From the NCBI GenBank assembly GCA_001643675.2, contig LSRY02000014.1, forward strand, positions 930,001 through 994,000: 64,000 bases of DNA, in the 5' to 3' direction. This DNA comes from Monocercomonoides exilis PA203. Its lineage: Eukaryota; Protista; Preaxostyla. Below the pieces are notes generated by a model. The model was not told where the DNA came from, ran no database searches, and saw only the letters and a list, made by a program, of their open reading frames with translations. Shown one piece after another: positions 25,100 to 38,011 of this stretch. The position numbers and the translations under genes are program-made. The stretch's first letter is position 1, and every line of letters starts with the position of its first letter.

Positions 25100-28000
25100 G
25101 AAGAAGATGATAATGAAGAGATGGTGTGGTGTTTGAGCTGATATTCCTGAAGAGGACTCGATGAAAGAATAGGAGTGGATGTGACTTCTGGGAAGACAAA
25201 CGAGTTTTGCTTTCCATTTGCCGAAGAAGAAGAAGAAGAAGAAGCAGAGGCTGTTTGAGGGAAGAAGAGAGATTTGAAGTATTTGTGATATTCGTCTGTG
25301 AGTGGAATAATCTCGTCTTCCACTTCGTATTCTGCTACCATTCCCAATGGATCTTCAAACAGCTCTTCGTATTCGTCTGAAATGTCATTCGTTTCATTCA
25401 ATTGAATGCTCATTCTTGTTTCATTTCTCATCCCCATCTCCTGTCTTCTTTGTGAACTGCATGTTTTCCTTATTCGTGTGGTTGTTATTCCGACAAACAT
25501 CGTCTCTTCGGTTGTATTCGCAATTGGCACCTCAAAAAAGACAGGAGAGCCGAAAGAAGGGAAGATCGCACATGTGGAGGAGAAGTTGTGGAGGTTGAGG
25601 CGCTGAAGAAGACGCCTTTTGGACTGAAAAATAAGAAATAAAAAGAAATTTAAATAAGTAAATAAATAAAAATCAGAATGAAATATTCTTCTTTAAAAAA
25701 AACAAACTTCTTCTCTTTTCTTTCTGCTGACAGTGGATTCTTCTGTCTGCTTCTTCACCATTCCTCTCATCTCCACTCAATTTCGATCCATTTGTGCTGC
25801 TCTGCTAACAATTCCTGCTGACATTCCCAGCAATTCCTGTTTCTTTCTGCTCTTCTCCTTCTCCTTCTCTTCTCTTCTTCTTATGTCAAACATGAAATCT
25901 TCTCCAACTACACCGTTTCGCCAGTCTGTTGCCTCAATCGAAGACAGATGATGATTTCTCTTCAGAAGAATTCCTCCTTTTGCTGATGTTGTTGAGAGAG
26001 AAGGAGGTTTACTTATAATTGTGAAATGTTTGATTGTTCAGAAGAGAAGAAAGAGGAAGGAATGGAAGAGGAAGAAGAAGAAGAAGAAGAAGATGATGAT
26101 GATGATGATGAAGATAAAGATAAAGGAGCAGAAGAAGAGGTGGAGAAAGAGGAAGAGGAAGAAGAAATGATGCTTGTTGGTTTATCTCCTCAAAGCATCA
26201 TTTCATTCAAAACGATGTTTTGCCACAAGATTAAATCATTTGCTGGTTATTGAGAGGATTTTGCTGTTCCACTTTGCATTCTTCCTCTTGTTTGTTCTCT
26301 TTCTCTTTGAGAGATAGAAAGAGAATGAGAAAGAGGACGAGAAGAAGACAATGAAGAAGAAGAAGAAGAAGAAGAAGAAGAAGAAGAAAAGAGGACGATG
26401 AAGTTAAAGTGCTTTTTTGCTTGAGTTTTTTCGCTTGATTCCGCGAAAGTTTTCATTTGCTTGGCTTGTTAAATGCTTCATTATCGTCATCATCATCGTA
26501 ATCATCTTCTTCATCGCTTTCATCATCGTCACTTTCATCCTCAACATTATCTCTATCCCTCTTCTCCATCTTCCTCGTCTCCTTCCTCTTTTTTATCTCT
26601 CTCTCTCTCTCTCTCTCTCCGAACTCGCCTCAATGGCCTGAATTTTTTCCACACGACACATATTCCTCTTTTCCTTATCTGAAATCATCACTTTTGGCGC
26701 TTCATATTCAAATCTTCCTTCCTTCGAAAAAAAAAAAGAGCCGTCTGAAACAGGTAGATGGGGAAGTGGGATCGGAATGAGCAGTTCAAATTAGACTTTA
26801 AATATCAGTGTCAAAAGCTGATGTGGACAGCAAAAGCGAACAAAAGATGTTTTTTTGGCTTTTGAAGAAGGGAAGAAATTGACAACGTTTATCTTTTTTC
26901 CGTCTTTGCTTTGCATTGATGAAGCTTTGCCTTTCACAAGAAGAATCGAAAGAGGCTTTTCAGATAGCATTTTGTGGGTGTTGTGCACGAAGACATGGAG
27001 GGTGCGGGAGAGGATGGTGACAGACTGATCATCTGAGGAGAAAAAATAAAATTAATGAATAAACAAAAAAATAAAAATTTGAAGTTAATGTGAATGATTT
27101 GTAAGACATAATCACTTCAAAAGCACAAACAGTTGTCTATCTCATTCTCTGCTGGTCTGATGTAATTCACTTTTGTTCTGATCTGTTCTTCGAGTGATGC
27201 ATCCATCTTCACACGCACTCTCTCAAATTTCAGTGTCAATGGAACAGCTTCAATTAGATTCGCCAGACGGTTTCCTAAGAAGAGCGGGCGCTGTGTCACA
27301 ACTGCACGAAGAGTGCGATAACCAGAAGGGAAAAGAGAAAGAGAGAGGGTGGAGAAGCTGAAATCTTTGTTCCTCTCTTTCGTCCGCTCCTTCTCGGTGG
27401 TGCTGGGCTGTTCACAGAAGTAGTCCCGCTCCAAAAAACTCTGATCCAGACAGGATGAAAAAAGAAAGGGAACATATTTTGATTTTGACTTCGACTTCGA
27501 CAGATCTTCGTACTTGTTCTCTTCGCTTTGTATAGCTTCCCCGTCATCTTCGCCTTCATAGTCATCATCTTTTTCTTCTTTATCACATTCTTCTTCTGAT
27601 TCTTCAAGAACTGAATTTATCGCACCAATGCTTGCTTCAAAATCAAAACTTGTTTCGTTTTTTCGCTTTGGTGTGGCACTTTATCTTTCTTCTTTGTTTT
27701 TTTTCTTTCAACTGGCTCGTCTTCATTTTCCCAGTTTTTTGGTTTTTCACTTGGCTTTTTGATGAAAGCTTGCCACTTCTTCCTTTTGGATTTCTGTCTT
27801 CTTCTGTATCTTCCATGTTTTCAGCTCCGCTTTCATCACCTTTTGGCTCTTCTGCTTTCTTTTTATTTCGCGAAGGGTCCAGTTCTGCCAGCTCTGCTTC
27901 GATAAAGTCTTTTTGCTCGAGCAATTCTTTCTTCATCGTCTGCTTCAAAATCACTCGGTGCGCTGGCGAAATGACGCCAACTTGTGACAACGATGCATTA

Positions 28001-29170
28001 CGCTCATCGATGATCGTATATGAAGGCAAAGCCTTGATGAGCTTTGCTCGCTTTTTGTGTAAAACAAATGTGAAAGTTAGTTCTGATTCTTGAATTGGAA
28101 GGAGATTGGGAGTAAAACCAGAAAAAACAGTCATTTATTAAACAATGATAGATATTATTTTGACAACAAACATTAAACACAAAGACATGCTTGAACAAAT
28201 GACACTCTCAGCGAACCATCAAATTGCTTTTTTGTTTAAAAATCGAATATATCAAAAAAGAAAAATAACAACACACTTTTTTTGTCGCCTTTGAATAAAA
28301 AAGGAAATATGAAGAAGTTTCAGTGCATGATCAGTCATTTCAGCAAAAAGCGTATTAGCCTCTTCTCATAGCGTCTTTTTGGCTATTCAAAAATGCACCT
28401 CGACACATTGATGCTGTTTGAAATAAGCACAACTATGAGAAAGAGAGAAACAAATGGAAGAAGAAGAGAAAAAAGATGATGATGAAATAATAAATGAAAA
28501 AATGGAAAAAGGAGTTTAAGAATAAGTTTATTCAAGAAATTTCAACTTTTGTTATTTCTTCTTCTCCTTCTTTCACGCAGAAAACAATACAAAAAAAGAA
28601 AAAAAAAGAAAAATTTTCATTTTCTTAACCGTTTTGAAGAGAATGATAAAGATGAAATAGAATTCTTCTCAAAAACGATCGTTAAGCAAACGAAAGTTAA
28701 TTTTCTTCTGATTTTGTCGAGGAACTGTTTGAGATGCAAATGAAGGAAGATTTGAGGAAGAGGAGGAGGAAGAGTAGAGTTGGGAGAATTGGGTGGGATA
28801 TATATATAAATAGAGAAGAGAGAGAAAGAGAAAGAGAAAGAGAAAGAGAATGAAAAGGAAAAGGAGAATGAGAAGGAGAAGGCATTTGTGATATGAAAGA
28901 TGGAGTTGTGGAGTGTGATGTGAGATGCTGTGATGAAGAAGAATAAAATGGAAATTGAGTGTCGATGCAAGATGGCTGTGTTGAAGCGGGCGGAAGCAAA
29001 GGAACTGGTGAAATGGAAGAGGAGAAAGAAGAAGATGATGAATAGAAAAATTCTTATGGATGAGTTATTTTTCTTCGAGCATTTTAATTAACAACGTTAA
29101 AATTATCACTATTTATCAAATACACATCAGCAGCAAAGATACCCCAAAAAACTTCCATTCCAAATCATTG
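24730..29170 (-). pseudogene. Decayed nephrocystin-4 (NPHP4)-like gene fragment inside the hAT element
   Basis: Colinear NPHP4-like blocks: KCVVIFLF*YIRF, ELTFTF, HPVWIRVFW, TILSRTLHVFVHN, KRRLLQRL..SSTCAIFPSFGSPVFFEVPIANT, EIIPLTDEYHKYFK. GT-AG introns retained at 27033-27130 and 25624-25707. Many stops and frameshifts. Confidence 0.5.
24930..25109. repeat. Compound microsatellite (AGA)n(TTG)n
   Basis: Seen directly; encodes poly-Thr/poly-Ser in the cargo frame. Confidence 0.97.
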
Positions 29171-30181
29171 CATTTTATAAAAAACAACAATCATTTTGAT
29201 TCTTTTCGTCTGTCTTCTCCAGTTTTTTGATAAATTTCTTATTTGTTTTTTAAATGCAAAATATATTATTATTATGGTAATAAAAATATTAAAATAAAAA
29301 TAAAAATAAAAAAAGAGCTGCCTAAACTTATTGTTTTTGTTGTGGTGAGTTAGATATATTCACGAAAAGCAAAGTTTGGGAGAAACAATCATTTTAATAT
29401 TTTCGACAAAAGAAAAATTTCTCGACCGACAAATTGTTCTCGAAAAATGTGTGTCGCAGAGGCCTAGATAAAACGAAAGATATATTTATAAAATTAAAAT
29501 TAAAAACAAGATTTAACTTTTAAGACTTCGGAATAATGAATTTTTTAAATTTTTATTTATCAAATTAAAAAATATTTTGGGTGTTTTTTATTAAAAATTA
29601 GTAGAAATATATTTGAAATATTCTTTAATTTTCGAACCTATTTGTTTTTTATTTATCATTTAATATACAACATAAATTAAAATATAGATTAAAAACATAT
29701 TCTTATTGACTACGTTAAGTTATCATTAGCCTAAAAAAGAAATTTTCATAATATTCAAATATCAGTCTTTTCTTATTTTTAAATCTTTGATAATGAAAGA
29801 ACGGTTTTTTCCTGATAAAACTTTTTTATTTCTTTGTTGGAATAGTGTATGTGAAACGATAAAAATAGGATTTCATGTCACACGATCATATGATGAGAAG
29901 CAAATCGAAAAAAATTTTTTTTTGAATTATACATTGAGAGATTGTCATGAAAATGCAGAAATTAGTTTTATTTCGGTTTTGGGTTTTGGGAAAATCACAT
30001 TTTGAAAATTGACTGTTATCAACTCTTGCAATAAACTTGAAATAATCTTTTAATTTTTTATTTAGCATTTTGTTCTGCTCACAATGATGAATCAAATAAA
30101 ATTGTTAGTTTTTAATCTCAAAAGAGTTAATTTTTGTTTGTTAAAGTTTTACTTAATATGTAGGTAATCATTTTCCAAATG

Positions 30182-30417
30182 TCTAAATTTTTTTGAAAAG
30201 TTCCATTTGTTCAATTTTCAAAAAATTAAAAATTTCATATTTCTTTCAAATTTCTGTTTTCACTCACGAAATCACACCCAAACGGATAAAATAACTTTGA
30301 CAAGGATTTATTTCAATGAAAGTAAAATTTGGTGAGTGAAAACAGAAATTTGATAGAAATATGAAATTTTTTATTTTTTGAAAATTGAACAAATGGAACT
30401 TTTCAAAAAATTTTAGA
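30182..30417. repeat. Long near-perfect inverted repeat (hairpin/MITE-like), ~90-bp arms, ~55-bp spacer
   Basis: 30182-30272 is the reverse complement of 30327-30417 with few mismatches (e.g. GAAAAGTTCCATTTGTTCAATTTTCAAAAAA / TTTTTTGAAAATTGAACAAATGGAACTTTTC). Confidence 0.9.
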
Positions 30418-31718
30418 TTTAATCTAAATTATTTTCGATTTGTTGTTAATTCAAACGTTTTCATCATAGGCATAAATATTTTTCCGCTAATGTTTCACAT
30501 TTTTCAGTTGTTTCAAAGTTCAATCTTTGATTGGAAAGTAAGACAAAATTTGTCTTTAATTGGATTTTTCACTTTCCAGTGCTCTTTCCAAACATTTGAA
30601 ACAATTCTGTTTATTGAATTTTCTTATTCGGGTGATTATTTTTGAAATCATAACCTTTTTTGGATTGTTATTCATTGAAAGGTTTTAAGTCAAAAGGCAG
30701 TCAATTGTCGTATGTTTCAAAAAATTGTCTTTGTTGCTAAAGTTAACATTTGAGATGAGTTTAAAACAAAATATTAACAAATGAGGTTTTCCCTTTTCAG
30801 CGTTTGTTTGCAAACAATCAAAACAATAAATCAAACCCAAATTTATCAATAATTTAATTCTATAATAAATAGATTCATTTCTTTTCAGATCAAAGTCTCT
30901 TTTTTCCTGTTTGAGTTTTTCCTGAAAAATAATCACTTGATATTTCGTTTCACAAAATCAGGAGTCCAACTCAAAATTGTGTAATGATTTCTATTGACAC
31001 ATTCTTAAATCCATCTTGCAATCGAATATTTTTTATCATTTGTGCAATATGAAGAACATTTCGACATGAATTTGCATGCCAATCACAACATTATCATAAT
31101 AAATATCTAATCTTCGAAAAATCAAAAAATCTATGAATAAAAAAATTTCTCGACAGATGAACATTTCGAACAATCAATAAAAAAACCATTTCTTTTCTAT
31201 TGAGAATATCTTTTTTTTTGGAAAACTGTTTTTTTTCCTGCCAATCTTAATAAACAAATTGAATCAAAAAAACAAGTGTTTTTATATTCTAAAATATTTC
31301 TTTAAATATTTTTATTCAATCGGTTGTTGTTTGCAAAGCCTTGAGCTCTTTTGAGAAAGAACTATTTGACAAAACAGAAACATTAAAACTGAAAACTCGT
31401 TTTTTTCTTTACTTTTTATTGAGCTGCAAAAGCAAAACAAAAAACGAAAATTAAAAATAAATCTAAAATTAACTTCAACATATAAACTAATCACAAGATT
31501 TCAAAGTAATTGTATGATATTTGCAAAGAATGAGTAAACAGAGAATTTACTTTATAAAATTGATATGAAACAAACTCCCATTTCCAAGGAGTAACACTTG
31601 AAATGATGACGTTTTCTTACATTTAATAATTTATTTTTTAATTTAAAAAAAATATATCACAGCTGTATTTCACTAGTTTGAATCCTGAAAGAATAACTCA
31701 ACAAACTGCACTATATGC

Positions 31719-34700
31719 CTAATGTTGATCCGATGAAGGGACAACCTTTTTCTCGTCGAGCAAGTCGAGCAGCTGAAGTGCAATAGGCGAAGTGTGTTCC
31801 TCTCTCCTCAACACCCGCAGACTGGAGCGGAGAGACAGAATTTCCTCTGAAGTGAAGAAGTCGAAGCCGCGTGTGGCGTGTGAATGCGGAAGAGAGGAAA
31901 GAGACGGGGTGCCAGAGGGAGAAGGCAGAGAGGACGATGATGGTGACATGTTTGGCTGTGATGTGGAGGTGGAGAAAGGCCGGAGGAAGCACAGAAGCGC
32001 CTTCAGCAGCCGTCTCAGGGCAACTGGATTGAACGGCGGATTGGCCTTTGACAAGGATTTTTTATCTTTGTTTGATGCAGGCAAAGCAGATGCCGAGGTA
32101 GAAGAGGCAGAAGCAGAAACAGACGAAGAAGCAGAAGAAGCAGAAGAAGCAGAAGACTCAGCCTGAGAGACGAGAGCCGCGGCCTCCTTCACATAGATGA
32201 TGATCAGCGCACGACACCGTTCAGACAGAAGTGCTGCTGCAGAAGCAGGGACGGTGGCAAGAAAGCGCGCAAGCAGACCAAGAGACCCTGTTGCAACATC
32301 AGACACAGCTGAGTCTGTGCTGAAGGGCACATCACGTGGCACATCTGAAATGTCGTCGTCGGAGTCATCTGATGAGGAAGAAGAGGAAGAAGAGGAAGAA
32401 GAGGAAGAAGAGGAAGAAGAGGAAGATGACGAAGAAGTAGATGATGGTGAAGCAGTTGTTGGTGTGGAGAGTGCAGAGGAAGGAGGTGGGAGAATGTCGT
32501 CATTCAGCAGAGGTGACAGCTCTCCAACGGCTATTCGCATCAGCGAAGATCCTGTTTTCAGCAGCGGGCTGAGTTTTTCAACAAGATACGCCTCGCTCAG
32601 CTCTTCATTCTTCGCTATCCAGTCATCGCCACTTTCCATAGTTCCTTCTGAATGGCCGTCTTTCCTGCCTGCTTTATCCCTTTCCCTTTCTCTCTCTTTT
32701 TCTTTCTCTTTCTCTTTGTCTTTCTCTTTGCCGTAGTTCGCGCCGAGCAGCAGATAAAGCAGCGAGTACACGATCTCCACGACAGGCTCGCAGAAGTCAG
32801 GCACTTTCATCCTGACTGAGTAATCCAGCACGGCCACTGTATGCTCAGGCAGCCCTGTTTCAATCATCTTCCGCTTGCTCACTTGAGGCGAGGAGATCAA
32901 ATAGCGCACAAGCTCTGCATTGTGAAGAGTGTTTAGCTTCTCCTTTGCTGTGAATAGCGACACAACAAGCTTTGGCACACCGTAGCGGCACAGCTCACAC
33001 ACGAACCAGCCAGGCTGGCGACGCTGGGTGATGCTGGTGCCTGTAAATGAAAATGTGTATTTATTTTGATAAACAACAATAATTCATTTAAAAAAAAAGA
33101 TATAATGAATAATAATATTTGAGAGAGAATAAGAAAGAAAGAAAAATAATAAAAAAAAAGAATACAAACCTCGATAGTCAGATGAATCTCCTTCAGACTG
33201 ACTGGCAACATCTGTTCTTCTGCCGTGTGCTGTCTGCCCTTCAGCCCTCACAACAATCGACAGCAGCTTCAGATGATAGATTGGGATGGGCCGTTCATCC
33301 GCCAGGAAAAGAGATATATTTGGAAGCATCTCTTTCGAAATACACGCCATGATTGCATCCACACAGTTGTCCCAATCAACACGAGAGAAAGGCAGCCTCG
33401 AACCAGATGATGATGATGATGATGATGAGGAAGAGGAAGAGGAAGAGGAAGAAGAGCTTGAACCGCTGGCAGTAGCTGACGATGTGGCAGCCATCGTCCG
33501 CTTGAACATGTCGAAGATGGTGACAATCAGCTCAGAAAGCGCGCGAATGGCAGAGAAACGCGAGTCTGGCGAGGCGTGTGCCATTGCACCGAGCAGCGCA
33601 GGCGCCAGCGACCGGCCAACAGAAACGAGATTGTTGGCAATAACATCCTTCGACTGCACAACGCCTTCCACACACAGCATCGCCTGCGCAAAGAAGGCCT
33701 CTTTCTCCTCGTGCGGCATCCGCCACGCAAGTGTGTTCTCTTTCGGCAGCAAATTCTTCGAGATGATCAGCTGCTGCTGCAAACCATTCTCTTCTCTCTC
33801 GTTCATTGCGCCCATCGGTGTTGGCGACTGCCGCTGTGTCTGCTTTCTGAGCGAGGCCTGCGAAGTCTGCGAGCTTCTGTCTCTGGCGAGAGACGAGTAA
33901 GAGCCATACAGCTCCTGGCGGGGTGTCACCAGGATTGTCAAAAGCGAAGAAAGCGCAGTGAGAAATGGCTGAGTCACCACAAACAGATGCACAGAAGGTG
34001 TAGTCACAAACGGAATGACTCCACGCACAGCACTCAGCATCGCCTTCGCAGCTATTTTTTCCTCTTCGGTAAGTCCTGTTGAAGAAGAAGAAGTAGTCGA
34101 GGAAGATGATGAAGAAGCAGCAGAGGATGGCTTCGACAGAAAAGCGAGTGCATCACATAACAAGCCATGCGCAGCCACTCCGATTGAGACACACACACTT
34201 TCCAAGCACTGCATGAAATACGATTTAACCTTCTTCTTTTCCTTCCCGTTTGCTGCCTCCGAAGAAGACGAGGGTGAAGCTGATGCCGAAGAAGACGAAG
34301 CTCCCTTAAAACCCACACTCCCTTCATTTGCCTTCTCCTTCTTACTCTCTCTCTCTCTCTCCTTCTCCTTCTGGCTCTCCTTCTCCCTTTCGCTCTCTTC
34401 TTTCCACAGGCTCTTCAGCATCGTTGTGAACCGCCCGTCTTCCGTCAGCCGGGTGAGGTATCTTCTGTCACAGCGCAGGATGAACGAGAGGAGCAGAAGA
34501 AACTTGCCTCGCACCACAGACGGGCTGTGCAGCGCATCCTCAATCATCTGCGGCAGTGCGTTTCCGTTGCTCAGCATCGCATGCAGATCAGAGGGGAGAG
34601 GGATTAATAGAGGGCAAGTTGTTGAAGAAGAAGAGGAGGAGGAAGAAGTGGATGGGCGAGGTGAAGTGGCATGTGCTGTGGCGTAGAGAGAAGCCAAAGA

Positions 34701-37700
34701 CATGAGAAGAATGTTGATTGAAGAAAGCTGAACACTTCGAAGAACATCGTCGAAGAAGAGACTCAGACACTTGCCAGGCGAAAGATGGGAAATTGCCTGT
34801 ATAAAGAAAAGGAAGAGTGAATTGATATTATTTGGATGGAAATAATAATAATAATGAAATAAAATTGATGAAAATAAATCGAGTACAGTAACAAATTGTA
34901 ATATTTCAATGATAAAACATTCAAAAAAAAAAAAATAAAATAGGAATTCACTCCAAACACAATATCTTCTCTCTCCAATTCATACCACTCCAAACACTTG
35001 TGACGACAGTCTCGACAGCCTCGCCAGCGCCGACAGCGCAGTCGCAGCCAAAACTGTGTTTTTTGTCGTCTTTCTGATCTCCACAAGCATCTTCGCACAT
35101 TCAACAGTGGCGATTCTGCGTGTGAGTGCGACGGCGTGTGTGGCGGAGAGGTTGTCGATGGACTTTGTGGCATAATGCTGCACAATCTCATCTTCGCCTG
35201 GCTGCAGCCCAGCTATCAGCACAGACAGTGCATCGCTGCTGATCTTCCAATCGCCCACCACACAAATAGCACTGGCACCTGATGACATCGAAGAAGAAGA
35301 AGAAGAAGACGATGATGAAGAGGAAGAGGAAGAAGCACTTGGTTGTGTTGCAACGTAGTAGAGCAGCTCGCCCAGTGCTGCGCAACTCGCGCGCCGATCT
35401 TTGTCAGACCTGCTTTTTGTGAACACTGCCACGAGGGCATCTGCCAGGCCCAGCTGCGAAAAGACAGCATCGACAGAGCCGGCATAGCGAAGAAGCACAG
35501 AAAACAGAACAATCGCCAAATACCGATGGTTTGCTGGTGATGTAGGCGACAAAGCACCAGAAGAAGAAGAAGAGGAGGAGGAGGATGAGGAAGAAGATGA
35601 AGATGAAGAAGAAGCAGCAGCACGTGGGTCCTTCACGATCTCCAGAAGCAAGCGGCCCAGCTGGGAGTTGATGGCCACAGTTGCCATTTCTGTGACGACG
35701 CAGATGTTGATCAGATAGTTCAGCAGATTCGTCCGCGTCTCTCCTCCAGCCACAGCCGCCGATGCAGACGAGGATATCTGCGAAGAGACGCTTGTGGCAG
35801 TGGCCTTCAGCACTTGTGCGGCAGCATTCACCAGCGCCTCCTTGCTCTCCTTCTTCATGCCCTTCACTTCAGCCGGTGTGGGTGGCTTCGACGACAACAG
35901 CTTCAGCCGCGCAGGGTCATACGGCGGAGGGACATACTTCTCAATCTTCTTGTTCATCGCGATGGGATACGCAGCAAGGTCGCTCTCAGCGTTCCAGATG
36001 AGCTCCCGGCTGATCGACGACGCTGAGTTCACAGCACTAGGCCGCTCAGGAAGGATGAGCGTGTCCTGCCCTGGCGGCGTGGCTGCTGCGCTGTCTGCCC
36101 CGCTGCTCTTGCTTGCCCCAGTGCCTGGCGTCAGAGGCGTCGGCTGGTGCGCCTGACGAGAAAATTCGCTGTGCTCTCCTGCACTTCTTCCTTTTTTGAG
36201 TAAAAGCGACTGGAAAGACGGCTCTGGAAGTGTCAGAATCAGATCGCCCATCTCCTTTGCCCGCTGTCCGCTTCCGAAGTGGCGCTTGTAAACATCTACT
36301 GAGTTCTCCCCGTCTTCTCCCTCTGACTCATCTGCATCGTCTCTTTCCTTCTCGTTCTCGTTCCGCTCGCCACCCCTTTCACTCCGACTCGACTCATCGT
36401 CCTCATTGCCATCTCCGCCTTGTCCCATCCCGTCGTTCCCAGCATCCATGCCACTGACATCACCTGCCCCGTTGTTAGACCCGCCCAGCCCCCAAATGCT
36501 ATCTCCGCCTTTCACAATCATCGTCCCTTCTTTCTCTTCCATCCACCGCAAAAGCGGATCCATTGCTGGCTGGTCCTTCGGGGGCATCACATAAAGGCAG
36601 TGCCGCCAGAATGGATGATAGTTCAACTCTGGCCACGATAGCCGGTGGAGAGGTGATTTGCAGAGCAGCCCTTGGACAAGGTCTGTGAACTCGATGCTCC
36701 ACGATGAGGGGAACACAGGTTCTGTTTGAATGGTTTTTGTGAAATGAAACAAAGAATAATCCAAATGTTCAGTTGAAAAAATAGAATTTATAATAGGGGA
36801 AATGAGCATTATTCGATAAACATCAAATGAAAAATGAAAAAATTTTGTATTTTTGCGCAAAAGAATAATGAATCGTAAATACCTTTAAACAGAATTGCTT
36901 TGATAAGTTGATTAGGATCCGAATAGTCGAATGGTGGTCTTCCTTCAGCCATTTCGTATAAAAGACATCCAAATGCCCATAAGTCAGATTGATATGAAAA
37001 AGGAAAAGCAAGAGTTGGATCATCAAATGCTTCATTTCCTGTTGATAGCTTGATTCCATGCGTTCTCAAAAGTTCGGGCGCAAGATAAGCCAAATCTGCT
37101 CGGGTCTTCCGTGCCGACACCTACACGATAAAAATTTATCATAATGAATGCAAAATATTCAAATTTAAAAGTAATTTAATGCCAAAAACAAACAGGTTGC
37201 GGGCGAGCTTCAACAGAACGAATAGAATGCTTAAAATCTGCCAGTTTCATTGTACCAACAGTATCAAATAAAATACTTTGCGGACGAAGATCACAATAGA
37301 TATATCCGTTGTGATGAAGAAATCTTTAAAATTTCAAATTCGAATAATTATTTTATCATGAGAAAAAGTCGTTAAAAAAAATGCATACTGCAGTGCCGCT
37401 CTAATGTCTCCAGAAAAAGCTCTAATGGAACTCTCAGGAAGACGTTTATCTTGATGGAGGAGTGTTTTTAAATCTCCTCCAGAGCAATGTTCCAAAATAA
37501 CCCAAATATGATTAGTTGTTTCGTACCAACAAAAAAACTTTACGATATTAGGATGATCCAAACAATGCATGATTCTGACTTCGTTTGAGACAAGATCTTT
37601 TTGAGATTTATTCACACTTTTGATACAATAATATTGAATAGATTGCTTTTTCCTCCCAAGATAGCATGTTGAATGCTTACTTTCTCCAATTTTATTAAAA

Positions 37701-37777
37701 ACCTGTATATGATATAAAGTGAAAAATAACGTCCAACTGTGCATATTTAAAAAGATTCAAACGTTGTAATCTTGCAT
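31719..37777 (-). CDS. ULK4: ULK4/RUNKEL-like Ser/Thr pseudokinase with C-terminal ARM/HEAT repeats, multi-exon
   Basis: STCYLGRKKQSIQYYCIKS, HPNIVKFFCWYETTNHIWVILEHCSGGDLKTLLHQDKRLPESSI, IYCDLRP, YLAPEL, SYQSDLWAFGCLLYEM, LSWPELNYHPFW, AALGELLYYVATQ, EDEIVQHYATKSIDNL. Confidence 0.9.
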
Positions 37778-38011
37778 TTCAACTATAAACTTTAGGATAT
37801 GGGAATCCATCAGATCTAATATGATCTAGATTCAACTGAAAATATCGAACAAAACAATTTATTAAAGCACAAAATATTTTACAAATATATTTGATAATTT
37901 ATTGCCATGAAATTTCATTTATAATCTTCCATCTTCAAATAATGCTAGATTTATTGAATGTTGATGCTATATTCATCATGAATTAGAAGAACAACTGTTT
38001 TCAAAAGATGA

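Larger units (their letters stand above)
23873..29466. mobile_element. Non-autonomous hAT-superfamily DNA transposon carrying captured gene fragments
   Basis: Perfect 15-bp TIRs TAGGCCTCTGCGACA (23873-23887 and 29452-29466); perfect 8-bp TSD GATAAAAC (23865-23872 and 29467-29474); CGAC-rich subterminal repeats; no transposase motifs recognised inside. Confidence 0.9.

Noticed and set aside
24777-25217. Poly-Q/L and poly-R/C ORFs
   Set aside because: Alternative frames of the (AGA)n(TTG)n microsatellite.
24730-37777. Functional ciliary gene cluster (NPHP4-like next to ULK4)
   Set aside because: The NPHP4-like piece is decayed transposon cargo, so adjacency is best explained by chance insertion.
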